Of a stretch of DNA of 64,000 nt, positions 38,554-48,308 are shown piece after piece. The DNA comes from Nemertoderma westbladi. Its lineage: Eukaryota > Animalia > Xenacoelomorpha. The translations under genes and the position numbers were made by a program. Every line of letters starts with the position of its first letter. The stretch's first letter is position 1. The stretch is from the NCBI GenBank assembly GCA_032718475.1, contig JAUCBJ010007760.1:43504-107503 (forward strand), written 5' to 3'. The notes below the pieces were generated by a model that searched no databases, was not told the origin of the DNA, and saw only the letters and a list, made by a program, of their open reading frames with translations.

Positions 38554-39773
38554 TGTACGCGCTTTTGAAGACCTTTAGCAGTTTAACCTGCCAAAATTTA
38601 TATGTCTTTTGGTTTATAAATAGACTTTAGAAATTGACAAATATTTAATACCAATAAACACAACATTAGCCGAAGCCAGCCTAGTGCGCGTCCATTCACC
38701 CGCTGGATATTCCCGGGAGACTGGGTTCGGATGTGGCTTAAATTTTATTATTGCAGTGAAGCCTACTGTATTATTCGATTGATCGTTAATAAGTAATTTC
38801 TGACAAATATTATTCACTTTCGGGAAATATTAACAGTTCCTTTAGGACGTGGTGCTCTACCTAAGTAAACAGAGCTATGACTTATACTACACGCAACGGT
38901 AAGGCTTATGATTCACGTATAAGGCGCATTCTTTAGGAAATGCTTTGTTATCAGTCACAATCATGCACACTACCGGTATCGCACAATACTGCACACTAAT
39001 CTGCCGACCGTCAATGAATTTGATCACACATAAAGAGAACAGCAATTGACCTATGTAGTGTCTATCAAATAGCATTAGGTTCACTAAAAACCACGATAAC
39101 ATAAGTCGCAATTGTTATATATAGCCTGTCTCTCTAACCTGTAGTGTATCAAGAAAATTGGGAAATTTGGGTTCTTTATAGATGTTCTCCAAATAATAAT
39201 ATTCAACCAACTGATAAACACAACAGTAAATAACATTAAGACGGTAGGTTAAGATAATGTAACACGCTGACAATGCAGCAAACACAACCGATCGGGCAGA
39301 TCGGGCCGATAACAGTTATACGTTCTATAATTTAAGCCTACTAATGTTTTACTAAAAGTCTGAAACGAGTCATTCCAAAAGCCGATGTTCTGGCGTAGGA
39401 GGAATAACAACACACACTGTCCTCTGTCCCTGTTGCAGGTATCTTTTACACAGAGAGGAATAGCTCTCATTGGCAGAACACCAGATTCCACAGGTTCCAC
39501 GAATATCTAAATGCCGAACTATCAGGATTTTTGCATCCCTTGGCCAGCACACAAAATGGGTCACTCCGCTCGGTTGTCCTGGTTGCATACTCTGCTGCTA
39601 TAGCTCTGGTTGGCCGATAGAACATAGCAAAGAACCCCTCGTACAGCAAATCAGCCAATCAGCCGGTCGCTTGTATCATTCGAGTTAGTGAGCCTTTTAG
39701 AGTATTCCAGCGCCTGGGGGGAAACTGGATTGCAAAGCAAAAGGGCCAGTTATATCCCACAGAAGCTTTTACA
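38554..39773 (-). repeat. E1 5' LTR
   Basis: Direct repeat of 23859-25078, upstream of gag. Confidence 0.97.
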
Positions 39774-39903
39774 ACCTGGACACTGACGAAATCACTTGAA
39801 CACCGAATTGACGGTTGCTACACAAGACTACTAAGGGCAGCCCTACACAGATTAAGATTCAGTGGGCACAGCCAGAGAAGTAAAGACGAGGTCATAATTC
39901 AAG
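39774..39903 (+). mobile_element. Piece of a degenerate RTE family A copy that both E1 and E2 inserted into
   Basis: Matches ~17416-17615 with deletions, and continues after E2 at 51734. Confidence 0.85.
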
Positions 39904-41150
39904 TGTTCACGCTTTTGAAGACCTTTAGCAGTTTAACCTACCAAAATTTATATGTCTTTTAGTCAATTAAAACCACTTTAGCATACGACAATATTTTATG
40001 CTAATACGCAAAACACTAGCCGAAATCAGCCCATGCGCGATCATTCACCCGATGGATCTACACCCGGGAGACTGAATTCGGATGCTTAAATTTTATTATT
40101 GCAGTGTAAGGTTGCAGTGTAAACTTACTGTATTATTCGATAGATCGTTAATAATTAATTCCTGACAGATATTATTGGCTTTCGGGAAATATTAACAGTT
40201 CCTTTAGGACGTGGCGCTCTATCTATTTAAACAGAACTAAGACTTATACTAAAACGCAACGATACTGCTTATGATTGAAGTATAAAGCGTATTCTTTAGG
40301 AAATACTTTGTTACCAATCACAATCATACACACTGTTCTGCCGACCGTCAGTATATTTGATCACACATAAAGAGAGCAGCAATTGACTCACGTAGGGTCT
40401 GCTAAATAACATTGGATTCAATACACACCACATTAATATAAATCGCAATTGTTATGTATAGCCGGTCTCTCTAACCTGTAGTGTATCAAGAAAATTGGGA
40501 ATTTGGGTGATTTATCCGTATTATCCAAAGAGCAATATTTCCATCAACAAATAGGTACAATTAATAACTGACGGTAAAATAACAGTACAAACAATATGAT
40601 TAATGCAATTAAATTAAGTGAGCATGTTAATTAGTGAGTTATTGAGATTAGTTAGGGTAACAGTTTATACTTTCGATAATTTAAGCAGTTTACTAGAGTT
40701 CTTCCCAAAAAGCCGGTGTTTCTGGCTTAGACAGCAATAACAACAAAGTATCAAGTAAGAGCAGTAAGACTGAACACTCTCCTTATGATCGGCTGAAAAG
40801 CTACACGTCGACAGGAAAAATCGCTCTGATTGGCTCAAGCCAAACAAAGAACTATGCGTCCAATGGATGTTTCCATGTCAGCAACCAGCTGTTAGATGTC
40901 GTAATATGAATCATCACGGCTAAGCTGTGAAAGGTAGTTGGTGCATTACAGGTTTTTTGCCTTACCATGTCCGCCAAAACACGTATATAGCAGAATGACT
41001 TTTATGTCCGTTAAAACACCTGTAACGGTACCTTGCGGGCGAGGGGAATATATATACAGTTAGAGAACCTTTTTAGAGTATTCCAGCGCCTGGGGGGAAA
41101 CTGGATTGCGAAGCAAAAGGGGCCAGTTAGATCCCACAGAAGCTTTTACA
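39904..41150 (-). repeat. E2 3' LTR
   Basis: Direct repeat of 50488-51733. Confidence 0.97.
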
Positions 41151-41228
41151 CCGCTCCCAGAAAATGGGATTTAAGTCTATAAAATATACAAAATCACAGT
41201 TTCTAAAATATAAAAATACTCTAAACAG

Positions 41229-42122
41229 TTAGTCTTTCTTGCGCGGACGGCGTTTACGCAGTTTTTTAAAGCTAGCAAGAGTCCTTTTCTCTTTGGGGCG
41301 AGCCACTTTACGAGGAGGGCTATAACTCCTGGGTGAAGGGTGCAATATGATTGCATCAGAAGGTATGGGATTGCGATCGGTATATCCGCCGGTCGAAGTA
41401 CCGGGTTGATTGACATCAACGTCCGGGGAGAGGGGTCTAACGGCTTTGAGAGCTCGTTTCAAGACAGCCGCTCTTACGGGTCCTTTACGAGTGGTCTGAA
41501 CGAGGGCCGTGGGTGGACCATAGGCAGTTAGAAACTTCCTTGGTTTAATGGTTCTTTCCAACTCGCGTTCGCGGGCTCTGTACTCGTAAGGCCGTCGATA
41601 TACTTCCTGTAACTCAGGGTGTGAGTTGACAAATAAGTCTCCATAGGCCGGATCTTGACGGATAAAGTTTATTAAGTTATACGAATTGATGTCACTCGGA
41701 TTAATGCTCCTGAGGAATTTGCGTACATATTTGGTTGAAATACATTCTCCAACGCGCTTCAATAGTTCATAACTTGATAGGCGCGATTTCTGCTCGACGG
41801 AGGCAAACAAATATGGATGGAACGCATAAACTCCTTCGTAGGCGCGTCCAGGATAATAGCGATGGCGTGAATCACAATATAAATCAGTGTTCGCTTCCCA
41901 AGCTCTGATGTAACGTAGTGTGATCATTTCATCTACGCTTTCCAAATCGTGATTAAAAGGGCAATCGAAACTGGCATGTCCCTTTAGTTGACAATGGTGA
42001 CATTGAGTCATAAATTGAGGGCAAACGGCAAAAATGTGCAAATTATTAAATCTGCAATACGCGCAATAAATTTCCATCGCCGGTTGTTCGTGGAAATAGG
42101 AACAGCGGACGTTTGTGTCCAT
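41229..42122 (-). CDS. Accessory zinc-knuckle protein with basic C-terminus (297 aa; frame extends upstream)
   Basis: CAYC..H..C and CHHC..H..C motifs, upstream in-frame CRLC..H..C, C-terminal KKLRKRRPRKKD; conserved in E1 with many third-position changes. Confidence 0.75.
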   Translation of the reverse strand: MDTNVRCSYFHEQPAMEIYCAYCRFNNLHIFAVCPQFMTQCHHCQLKGHASFDCPFNHDLESVDEMITLRYIRAWEANTDLYCDSRHRYYPGRAYEGVYAFHPYLFASVEQKSRLSSYELLKRVGECISTKYVRKFLRSINPSDINSYNLINFIRQDPAYGDLFVNSHPELQEVYRRPYEYRARERELERTIKPRKFLTAYGPPTALVQTTRKGPVRAAVLKRALKAVRPLSPDVDVNQPGTSTGGYTDRNPIPSDAIILHPSPRSYSPPRKVARPKEKRTLASFKKLRKRRPRKKD

Positions 42123-42268
42123 GGGCGTAACATGGTCTCTCGATGCGCATAACCGACAACGTTGCCGAGAAACATAGTTGGCATGGCGATAATCGTACGC
42201 AGTGAGACACTGTGGACCTTGATACCATAATCGTTGTCGCTGTTCCGAGCGCGATAGGCTGAATCTCC

Positions 42269-42667
42269 TCAGATTCTAGACATATTGGTTCGTCTTCCCA
42301 GTCTGTTACGAATAGAATTTTCGTGATCTATTCTCGGTTTATCGTTACGACGCCGCTGGGTATGATATTTAAATAGAACCATTTCCCTTTCGGTGTCTAC
42401 ATCGTCCGTATCATGTAAATCGATAGGATGGCCGGTAGTTAAGAAGTCCATATACGTACCATTACGATGCGTATAGCGAGCGGTTAATTTTCGATAGTCC
42501 AATTCACGCGTAAGTTGTTCCTGGGACATCAGCGGTTCGATATAACGACCATCGTCCTCCGTAATAGTCGGATCGGCTTCACCGCGTATCAAGCTATCCA
42601 CAAACGCTTGTAAAGGTAGAGTATATCGCTCTCTAATATCAAGGTCATCTTCTATCAATTCCGTCAT
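42269..42667 (-). CDS. Accessory ORF A (132 aa, unknown), possibly the N-terminal part of the zinc-knuckle protein
   Basis: Conserved with E1 26307..26606; several of the differences are synonymous. Confidence 0.6.
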   Translation of the reverse strand: MTELIEDDLDIRERYTLPLQAFVDSLIRGEADPTITEDDGRYIEPLMSQEQLTRELDYRKLTARYTHRNGTYMDFLTTGHPIDLHDTDDVDTEREMVLFKYHTQRRRNDKPRIDHENSIRNRLGRRTNMSRI

Positions 42668-44288
42668 ATCTGCTATCTGAGTTTATTAATATCAATATGA
42701 GTTAATATTTTAGGCAAGCGGGCGTCGCTGCCTACTAGACTTTTGCCCCCGGACAGTGGGTTTCTCAGCGCCGATGTACCGCTGTCGCAGTGTTTACGCC
42801 AACATGTAGCAACAGCACGACAACGATAACCGGCACAAGTCCCACCACTGTCCGTCCCAAAGGCTTGAATCCACTTGAGGTTATCTCGGTAGAGTTAGGG
42901 CTATTTTACAATTGCGATTAGCTACTGTAAACACACTTTAGTAGTAACATTCACCTATAAACGCACAAATTCCATATAATCATTACTTATTGCACACATG
43001 CATGCCATTTGTCCGTTAGTCAGTGTCTTCCAGAATGTCACGTTATTACTATGTATCCTTGGATACTAATAGTGCGTCTATGTATACTCTTATGCTACGC
43101 AATGGGTTAAACTTTTTATTGTTCCTTTAACTTGCTTCTAATTCTAGCGTGGGTGTTGCCATGGTGACATTATGGAAAACTAGCGGTAGAATTAGGGCAA
43201 TTCTCATGTATACAGATCTGGGATGTTATTTAATAGTAATTCTTTAATTGTCAATCTTCTCTTTATGCCTGATTTTATAAATTTTATCGGCTATTGACTA
43301 TATGTTGGAGATTCTCACACTCTAGTACACTCAATATGAATCTCCGCTCCCATGATCTATTAATTACTGGAATTTTGGGAATGTTATAAATTGTACAAAA
43401 TGACAATTTATGAAATTCATTTGAATATGAATTTAAATTTATTCCCGTGAATTTTATTATTTGATATTAAATTGACATAAATTTTATTCCAGAGCATATC
43501 TGGGGACTTAGGATCCTTAATTCTATAAAATAGTCCTTCTAAGAATATCGGTAAATACTGCGATATCTTAATTGACTAGAAATTTTGAAGGATCGGGATT
43601 TTACAGATTTTAATAAATATTAAATTAATATTTAGGATGGGCACCAATTTATTCCAGAACTTGTCTGGGGACGTTAACCACTGATTCTAGAATTTGTCTT
43701 TCAAGTATATCGGTGGGTGCCACGATATCTTAATCGACTAGAATTACAGATGGTCAAAAGTTTAACAGATTTATTTGCGATTTACGCTACTGTTAGAGGG
43801 ACATCACGCTACTATATGTATTATTTGTTATAAGGTAGAAGAGCAATATCGCACGAAGCAATGTCAGTGTGAAGAGGCAAGTCGTTTCCAAGGTCTACCC
43901 AGAGCTTGGTTTAGCCGAGACACGAGGATCTGAACTTTGCATTCCTAATACTCTGCCTACCAATAATACTTAAATATAGTAGTGGCTTTATTGTACTTTA
44001 AGAAGTACGGACATTTCATCTTACTGTAGTCACGTATTTATAATATGATACGGACAGTAAGGGAAGAGAAAATAATTATTTCTCGCCGTCGCACTAAATA
44101 TATTATAAATAATTATGTACGTAATAAACACTAATATATTGCACTAATTTACTAAATTTTCTAAAATAACATTTTACTAAATAAAATTAAAGAAAACGAT
44201 TATAATAAAATTACATAATAATACATACATAAATATAAAATAAAAACAAATATAAAATGATATAGCCACACGCCCACTCCATATGTTA

Positions 44289-47200
44289 TTACGTTATAGA
44301 GTCCCTAGATATTTGTCGGATTAGGGAAGTGGTCGTAGGAAGAGTATCTTGCCTTCCATAGTTTCCGGACAGTTTTCGGTCTCTTTCCAGTAAACATAAA
44401 CGACCAGCTGGGCGATTGAGTTGTTGTGTTAGTTTCTCCGCTCCCTTGGCCTGTCTACTCTCTGCCGTGGTAAGATGAGGAGGCCATTCTTCTTCTTCTT
44501 TACTTAAGGAGTCGGATCCACCTAACCAGCCTGGAGTATCTATCAGTTCTTGAGGAGTTGCTCCTCTGGAAGCGATGTCGGCTGGATTAATCGTCCCAAG
44601 GCAATGTCTCCATTGATCTACATTGGAGTTAATATCATCATTATCTGAGGAGTATGGTGTTACCTCAGTGGGTTCGTCCACTTCACTGCTCCCCTCTTCC
44701 CAATCCTTTACTTGAAGTAGCCGGTCTTGTGGCAATCTTTCTTCAAGAGTTCTGCGGGAAGGGCCAGTAAAGTACCAACCTACTCTAGTTCTTACCGCAT
44801 AAGTTTGTAATGGCTGCGGTTGAGCAGGCCGTTTCTCCAATGTCTCGAGCGCTTCATGCGCGTTTTGGCCGATGAGGATTTGCACTCCAGGATAATCGGT
44901 TTGGAATCGAGGTATCTCAAGATGTTGGATGCACTCGTCCTCGTCCCAGTTATAAAGGTCTGCTTGGGTAGTAGCGAAGTTCTTTATAGCCACCATTTTT
45001 ACTGACCTTATACTTTGTGCTCCTAATTTATCCTGGGGGGTGGACAACTCACCTACATAGTAATCTGCCGTTAGGGTAGATTTCCAAACCTGCATAATTC
45101 CTGACATATTCAATTTAGTCCGGAACTTGGGTTGTCCAGCAAAGATATCTTCGGCTAGTTCTTGATCGATGAATGTTCCTGTGCTGCCGGAGTCAAGTAG
45201 GGCGTTCACTATGTAACTCTTGTTGAGACCATGAACTCTCACTTGCACTACAGGAAATTCTCTTATTCCTATGTTGGAAGTTGGAACTTTCCAAGATGGT
45301 TGTTTGTCAAAAGGAGTTGGAGTAAACTCGTCAGTGTCCTTTTCATCCGTAAGTGCTCGATACACTGTGGTATTTATTAGATAACAGGATTCGTTGGCAT
45401 CGGAGAATTCGTCTGTATAGAATCCTTCCCACTCAGAACCTTGGTCAGTGTCGTTCACATCACTGAATTGGACATGTAGTTCGGGCTCACTTACCTGACT
45501 CGGGTTGTCTCGTTCGAACTCACTGTGTAACAAGATGTGATGTTTCGCGCCACACTTTGCACACTTTACGTCGGAGTAACAGGTTCGCCGTTGGTGTCCT
45601 GATCTGAGGCAATTATAGCATAACCGCTTATTCCACAGGACTGTACGTCTGTCTACAGGGGATTTCTTTAGAAATTCAGCACACGCACTCAAACGGTGGG
45701 GCCCGTCGCACAGCGCACATTTTGGTTTGATGTCACTCACCTTACCTTGGGTAACGTTATGCACTCTCGTTCTTTCTTCGGGCTTTCTTCCGTGAATTCT
45801 CTTAGGAGACGTAGGAGGAGTTGTTGTTACCTGTTCTCTCCTGTCACTGATTCGAGACTTGTATTTACTTACGTCTTTATAGGTCTTGTTGTCATAGTAA
45901 GATTTTGCTGTGTCTTTCCTGCTGTCCTCTTCTTGAGAAGCTTGGCTTTCGCCGTCGTCAGTATAACACACTGGTATTATCCTTCTCCTAGAAACGGGTT
46001 TCTCACTTACCTTATTTTCCGATGTTTTCTCTCTGGACTGCCTTATGAGTTGTAATTTTACTTCACTATCTAAGAAGGACATGAGGTCAGCCATGGTAGG
46101 ACTTCGTCGTTGTTGTTCATTCATGTACAACACTTTCTTGTCCCAGCGTGTACATACTCCACCCTTTGGTAAAGTAGAGACTACGGCTCCAAGGACCATG
46201 GAACTCCGATATTCATGCGACTTACCTAACCAGTCCAGTTGTCTACAGATCTCTTGAATCTCATCGGCAAACTCTATAATCTCGCTACTAAGGAAGTGTC
46301 GGGGGGCTACTAATTTTGCATACAAATACTTAGCTATGTTATCCTTGTTACCATACCTGATGTTTAATGTATCCCAAACTTGTCTTAATCCATCTGGATG
46401 TCCAATAAACTTTAACGCCATTAACTTGGGAGGTCCTTCCAAGCACTTGATGAGGAATCTAAGTTTCTCTCCGTTAGATAGTACAGAGTTCTGTATGCTA
46501 TCTTTGTAATATTCGTTGAAAGGTAACCATTTCATCTCATCTCCATTGAATTTGACGATCTCTCCCACTTTGACCGCTTGGCGGGCTTCTGTTCTAGCCA
46601 TCTGACGCGTAAAGCTTTCTTGGGCCATCGTGTTATTTAATATCGAATTATCGGTATACAAATTTCTCGGATCATTATCAGGTCTATAGGGAATATCATT
46701 AATAACAGGTCTATAATCACCCTTAATAGGGTTTGCTATAGGAGTTTCAACTTCACTAGCAGTATAGATGCGTGTAGGCTCCACACCTTGCGCATGCAAT
46801 ACTTCAGACCTAACAGGTTGACACAATGTTACAGGGGGTATTGGTATGCCCTTTTGTATATTGACTAATTTGTCGCATTCTAGCGCGATACTTTGCTGCA
46901 CTTCCTGCAACTCTGCTCTACTTTCCCTCACTGTTCCCTTAAGTTGGTGGACAGTCTCCTGCATCTGTCCTAGCAGGAGATTCATCCCCCGCCGTCCCTC
47001 TTCCACCCACTCAACCGCCGAAGCGGGAGTCGCCAACATAGTAGCGGGCTGACGCGGGACGACGGGAGACAAATTATTGATTTCTCTCTCTGCTATCTGG
47101 ACAGGGATATTCTCTTGGACTGTTCCACCGGGTACAGGCAGTGTAGTACTATGTAAAGGGAATTTAGAGTTAAGCTCTGGAAGTACAGGGGTCTCTAACA

Positions 47201-48308
47201 CAGAAGTGACTTTGGGAACGACAGGCCTAATTATTTCAGGCTCATCAACTATTGTAGGAAGTCTTTCTATTTTAACCACCTGGTCTATGGGTTCTGTACT
47301 ACCTAAGTTGGTGTTATTTAGTTGCCTTCTAACAGCTGGAGGCAAATCAGGCAATTTATGACGGTGGGATGTTCTTCCACGTCTGCTTAGACGAGATCTA
47401 TTTCCTTTGCCTTCAGTATCTGTTGTATCTCCTTCATCAGAGGATGTAAATCCCTGTCTCTTGTAAGTAGTCCGACTTATCAGCTGCATATCACTAGCCG
47501 TTATCTGTTTATTTAAGTAATCGCGCTTCTCTTGAAGATTCTCCAACTCTAGTTGGACCTTTTCTTTAGATGCCCTCCGTTCCGCTTCGGCCACTGCTAT
47601 TGCCGCTGTCTTTCTGTCCTCTATCTGTTTTTTCTTCAACTGTTGTTCCCATTCTCTAACGATGCGGATTCTTTCATCAATTTCCGCTCTATTCGCTGCC
47701 AACATTTCCACATCTATTGCGTCCAACACAAACTTGGCTCCTTCACTATTGGGGGAAAGTCCAGACAGTCGTCTCCTCAACTCTTCGTCTCCTAAGAATC
47801 GCTGATAGTCGGATAGGTAGATGTCAATGGCGTCTCTAGTTCGCGGCTTCTCTGCTGCTGTTAATTCGCTTTCCACTTCGCTTTCCACTTGAGAAGAAGT
47901 GGCGTCGGTTGATTCTTCATAGGTTGGCCGCTCATCATAAACCGTATCCGCCATCTCCGCTCTGCGTTCGGGCGTCCGCTCAACAGTATCCGAACTACTG
48001 GAGCTATCGGGCCGCTGAGAACTAGGTTCTTGGCTAGGATGTTGCTGCTGCTTGACAGCTGCTTCTTGATCCCGCTTGACTTGGGCCCGAGTGCCGATGA
48101 TAGACCTACGTTGTTCTACTAGCCTAGGGTCTGACACTACTACTGTAGGGATGGCCTTTCTTACAATAGTAGGTGACTTAGACTTGGATCTAGGATGTTC
48201 TATACTTGGATCTTGGTCACGGATCCTTTTAATACGCTGTCTAAGTCTAATACTCATTCTAACACTTTCTAAGAGACTATCTGACAGTGATTTGGTTGAA
48301 TCTGACAT
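44289..48308 (-). CDS. Uninterrupted Gag-protease ORF (1339 aa) with in-frame remnants of pol
   Basis: Gag Zn knuckles and ALLDSGS present; junctions SSDNDDI|NSNVDQWRH and AKGAE|KLTQQLNRP. Confidence 0.9.
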   Translation of the reverse strand: MSDSTKSLSDSLLESVRMSIRLRQRIKRIRDQDPSIEHPRSKSKSPTIVRKAIPTVVVSDPRLVEQRRSIIGTRAQVKRDQEAAVKQQQHPSQEPSSQRPDSSSSSDTVERTPERRAEMADTVYDERPTYEESTDATSSQVESEVESELTAAEKPRTRDAIDIYLSDYQRFLGDEELRRRLSGLSPNSEGAKFVLDAIDVEMLAANRAEIDERIRIVREWEQQLKKKQIEDRKTAAIAVAEAERRASKEKVQLELENLQEKRDYLNKQITASDMQLISRTTYKRQGFTSSDEGDTTDTEGKGNRSRLSRRGRTSHRHKLPDLPPAVRRQLNNTNLGSTEPIDQVVKIERLPTIVDEPEIIRPVVPKVTSVLETPVLPELNSKFPLHSTTLPVPGGTVQENIPVQIAEREINNLSPVVPRQPATMLATPASAVEWVEEGRRGMNLLLGQMQETVHQLKGTVRESRAELQEVQQSIALECDKLVNIQKGIPIPPVTLCQPVRSEVLHAQGVEPTRIYTASEVETPIANPIKGDYRPVINDIPYRPDNDPRNLYTDNSILNNTMAQESFTRQMARTEARQAVKVGEIVKFNGDEMKWLPFNEYYKDSIQNSVLSNGEKLRFLIKCLEGPPKLMALKFIGHPDGLRQVWDTLNIRYGNKDNIAKYLYAKLVAPRHFLSSEIIEFADEIQEICRQLDWLGKSHEYRSSMVLGAVVSTLPKGGVCTRWDKKVLYMNEQQRRSPTMADLMSFLDSEVKLQLIRQSREKTSENKVSEKPVSRRRIIPVCYTDDGESQASQEEDSRKDTAKSYYDNKTYKDVSKYKSRISDRREQVTTTPPTSPKRIHGRKPEERTRVHNVTQGKVSDIKPKCALCDGPHRLSACAEFLKKSPVDRRTVLWNKRLCYNCLRSGHQRRTCYSDVKCAKCGAKHHILLHSEFERDNPSQVSEPELHVQFSDVNDTDQGSEWEGFYTDEFSDANESCYLINTTVYRALTDEKDTDEFTPTPFDKQPSWKVPTSNIGIREFPVVQVRVHGLNKSYIVNALLDSGSTGTFIDQELAEDIFAGQPKFRTKLNMSGIMQVWKSTLTADYYVGELSTPQDKLGAQSIRSVKMVAIKNFATTQADLYNWDEDECIQHLEIPRFQTDYPGVQILIGQNAHEALETLEKRPAQPQPLQTYAVRTRVGWYFTGPSRRTLEERLPQDRLLQVKDWEEGSSEVDEPTEVTPYSSDNDDINSNVDQWRHCLGTINPADIASRGATPQELIDTPGWLGGSDSLSKEEEEWPPHLTTAESRQAKGAEKLTQQLNRPAGRLCLLERDRKLSGNYGRQDTLPTTTSLIRQISRDSIT

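Larger units (their letters stand above)
23859..39773 (-). mobile_element. BEL/Pao LTR retrotransposon E1, full length (15.9 kb), coding-defective
   Basis: 1220-bp LTRs (5 differences spotted by eye), TSD ACCTG, domain order Gag-PR-RT-RH-IN. Confidence 0.97.

Noticed and set aside
38554-39300. Group I/II intron or known small ribozyme within the LTR
   Set aside because: No GUGYG start, domain V, P7 or hammerhead/HDV core was recognised by eye; kept only as a generic structured-RNA finding.
41229-42667. env gene
   Set aside because: No signal peptide, transmembrane helix or fusion-protein pattern is visible.
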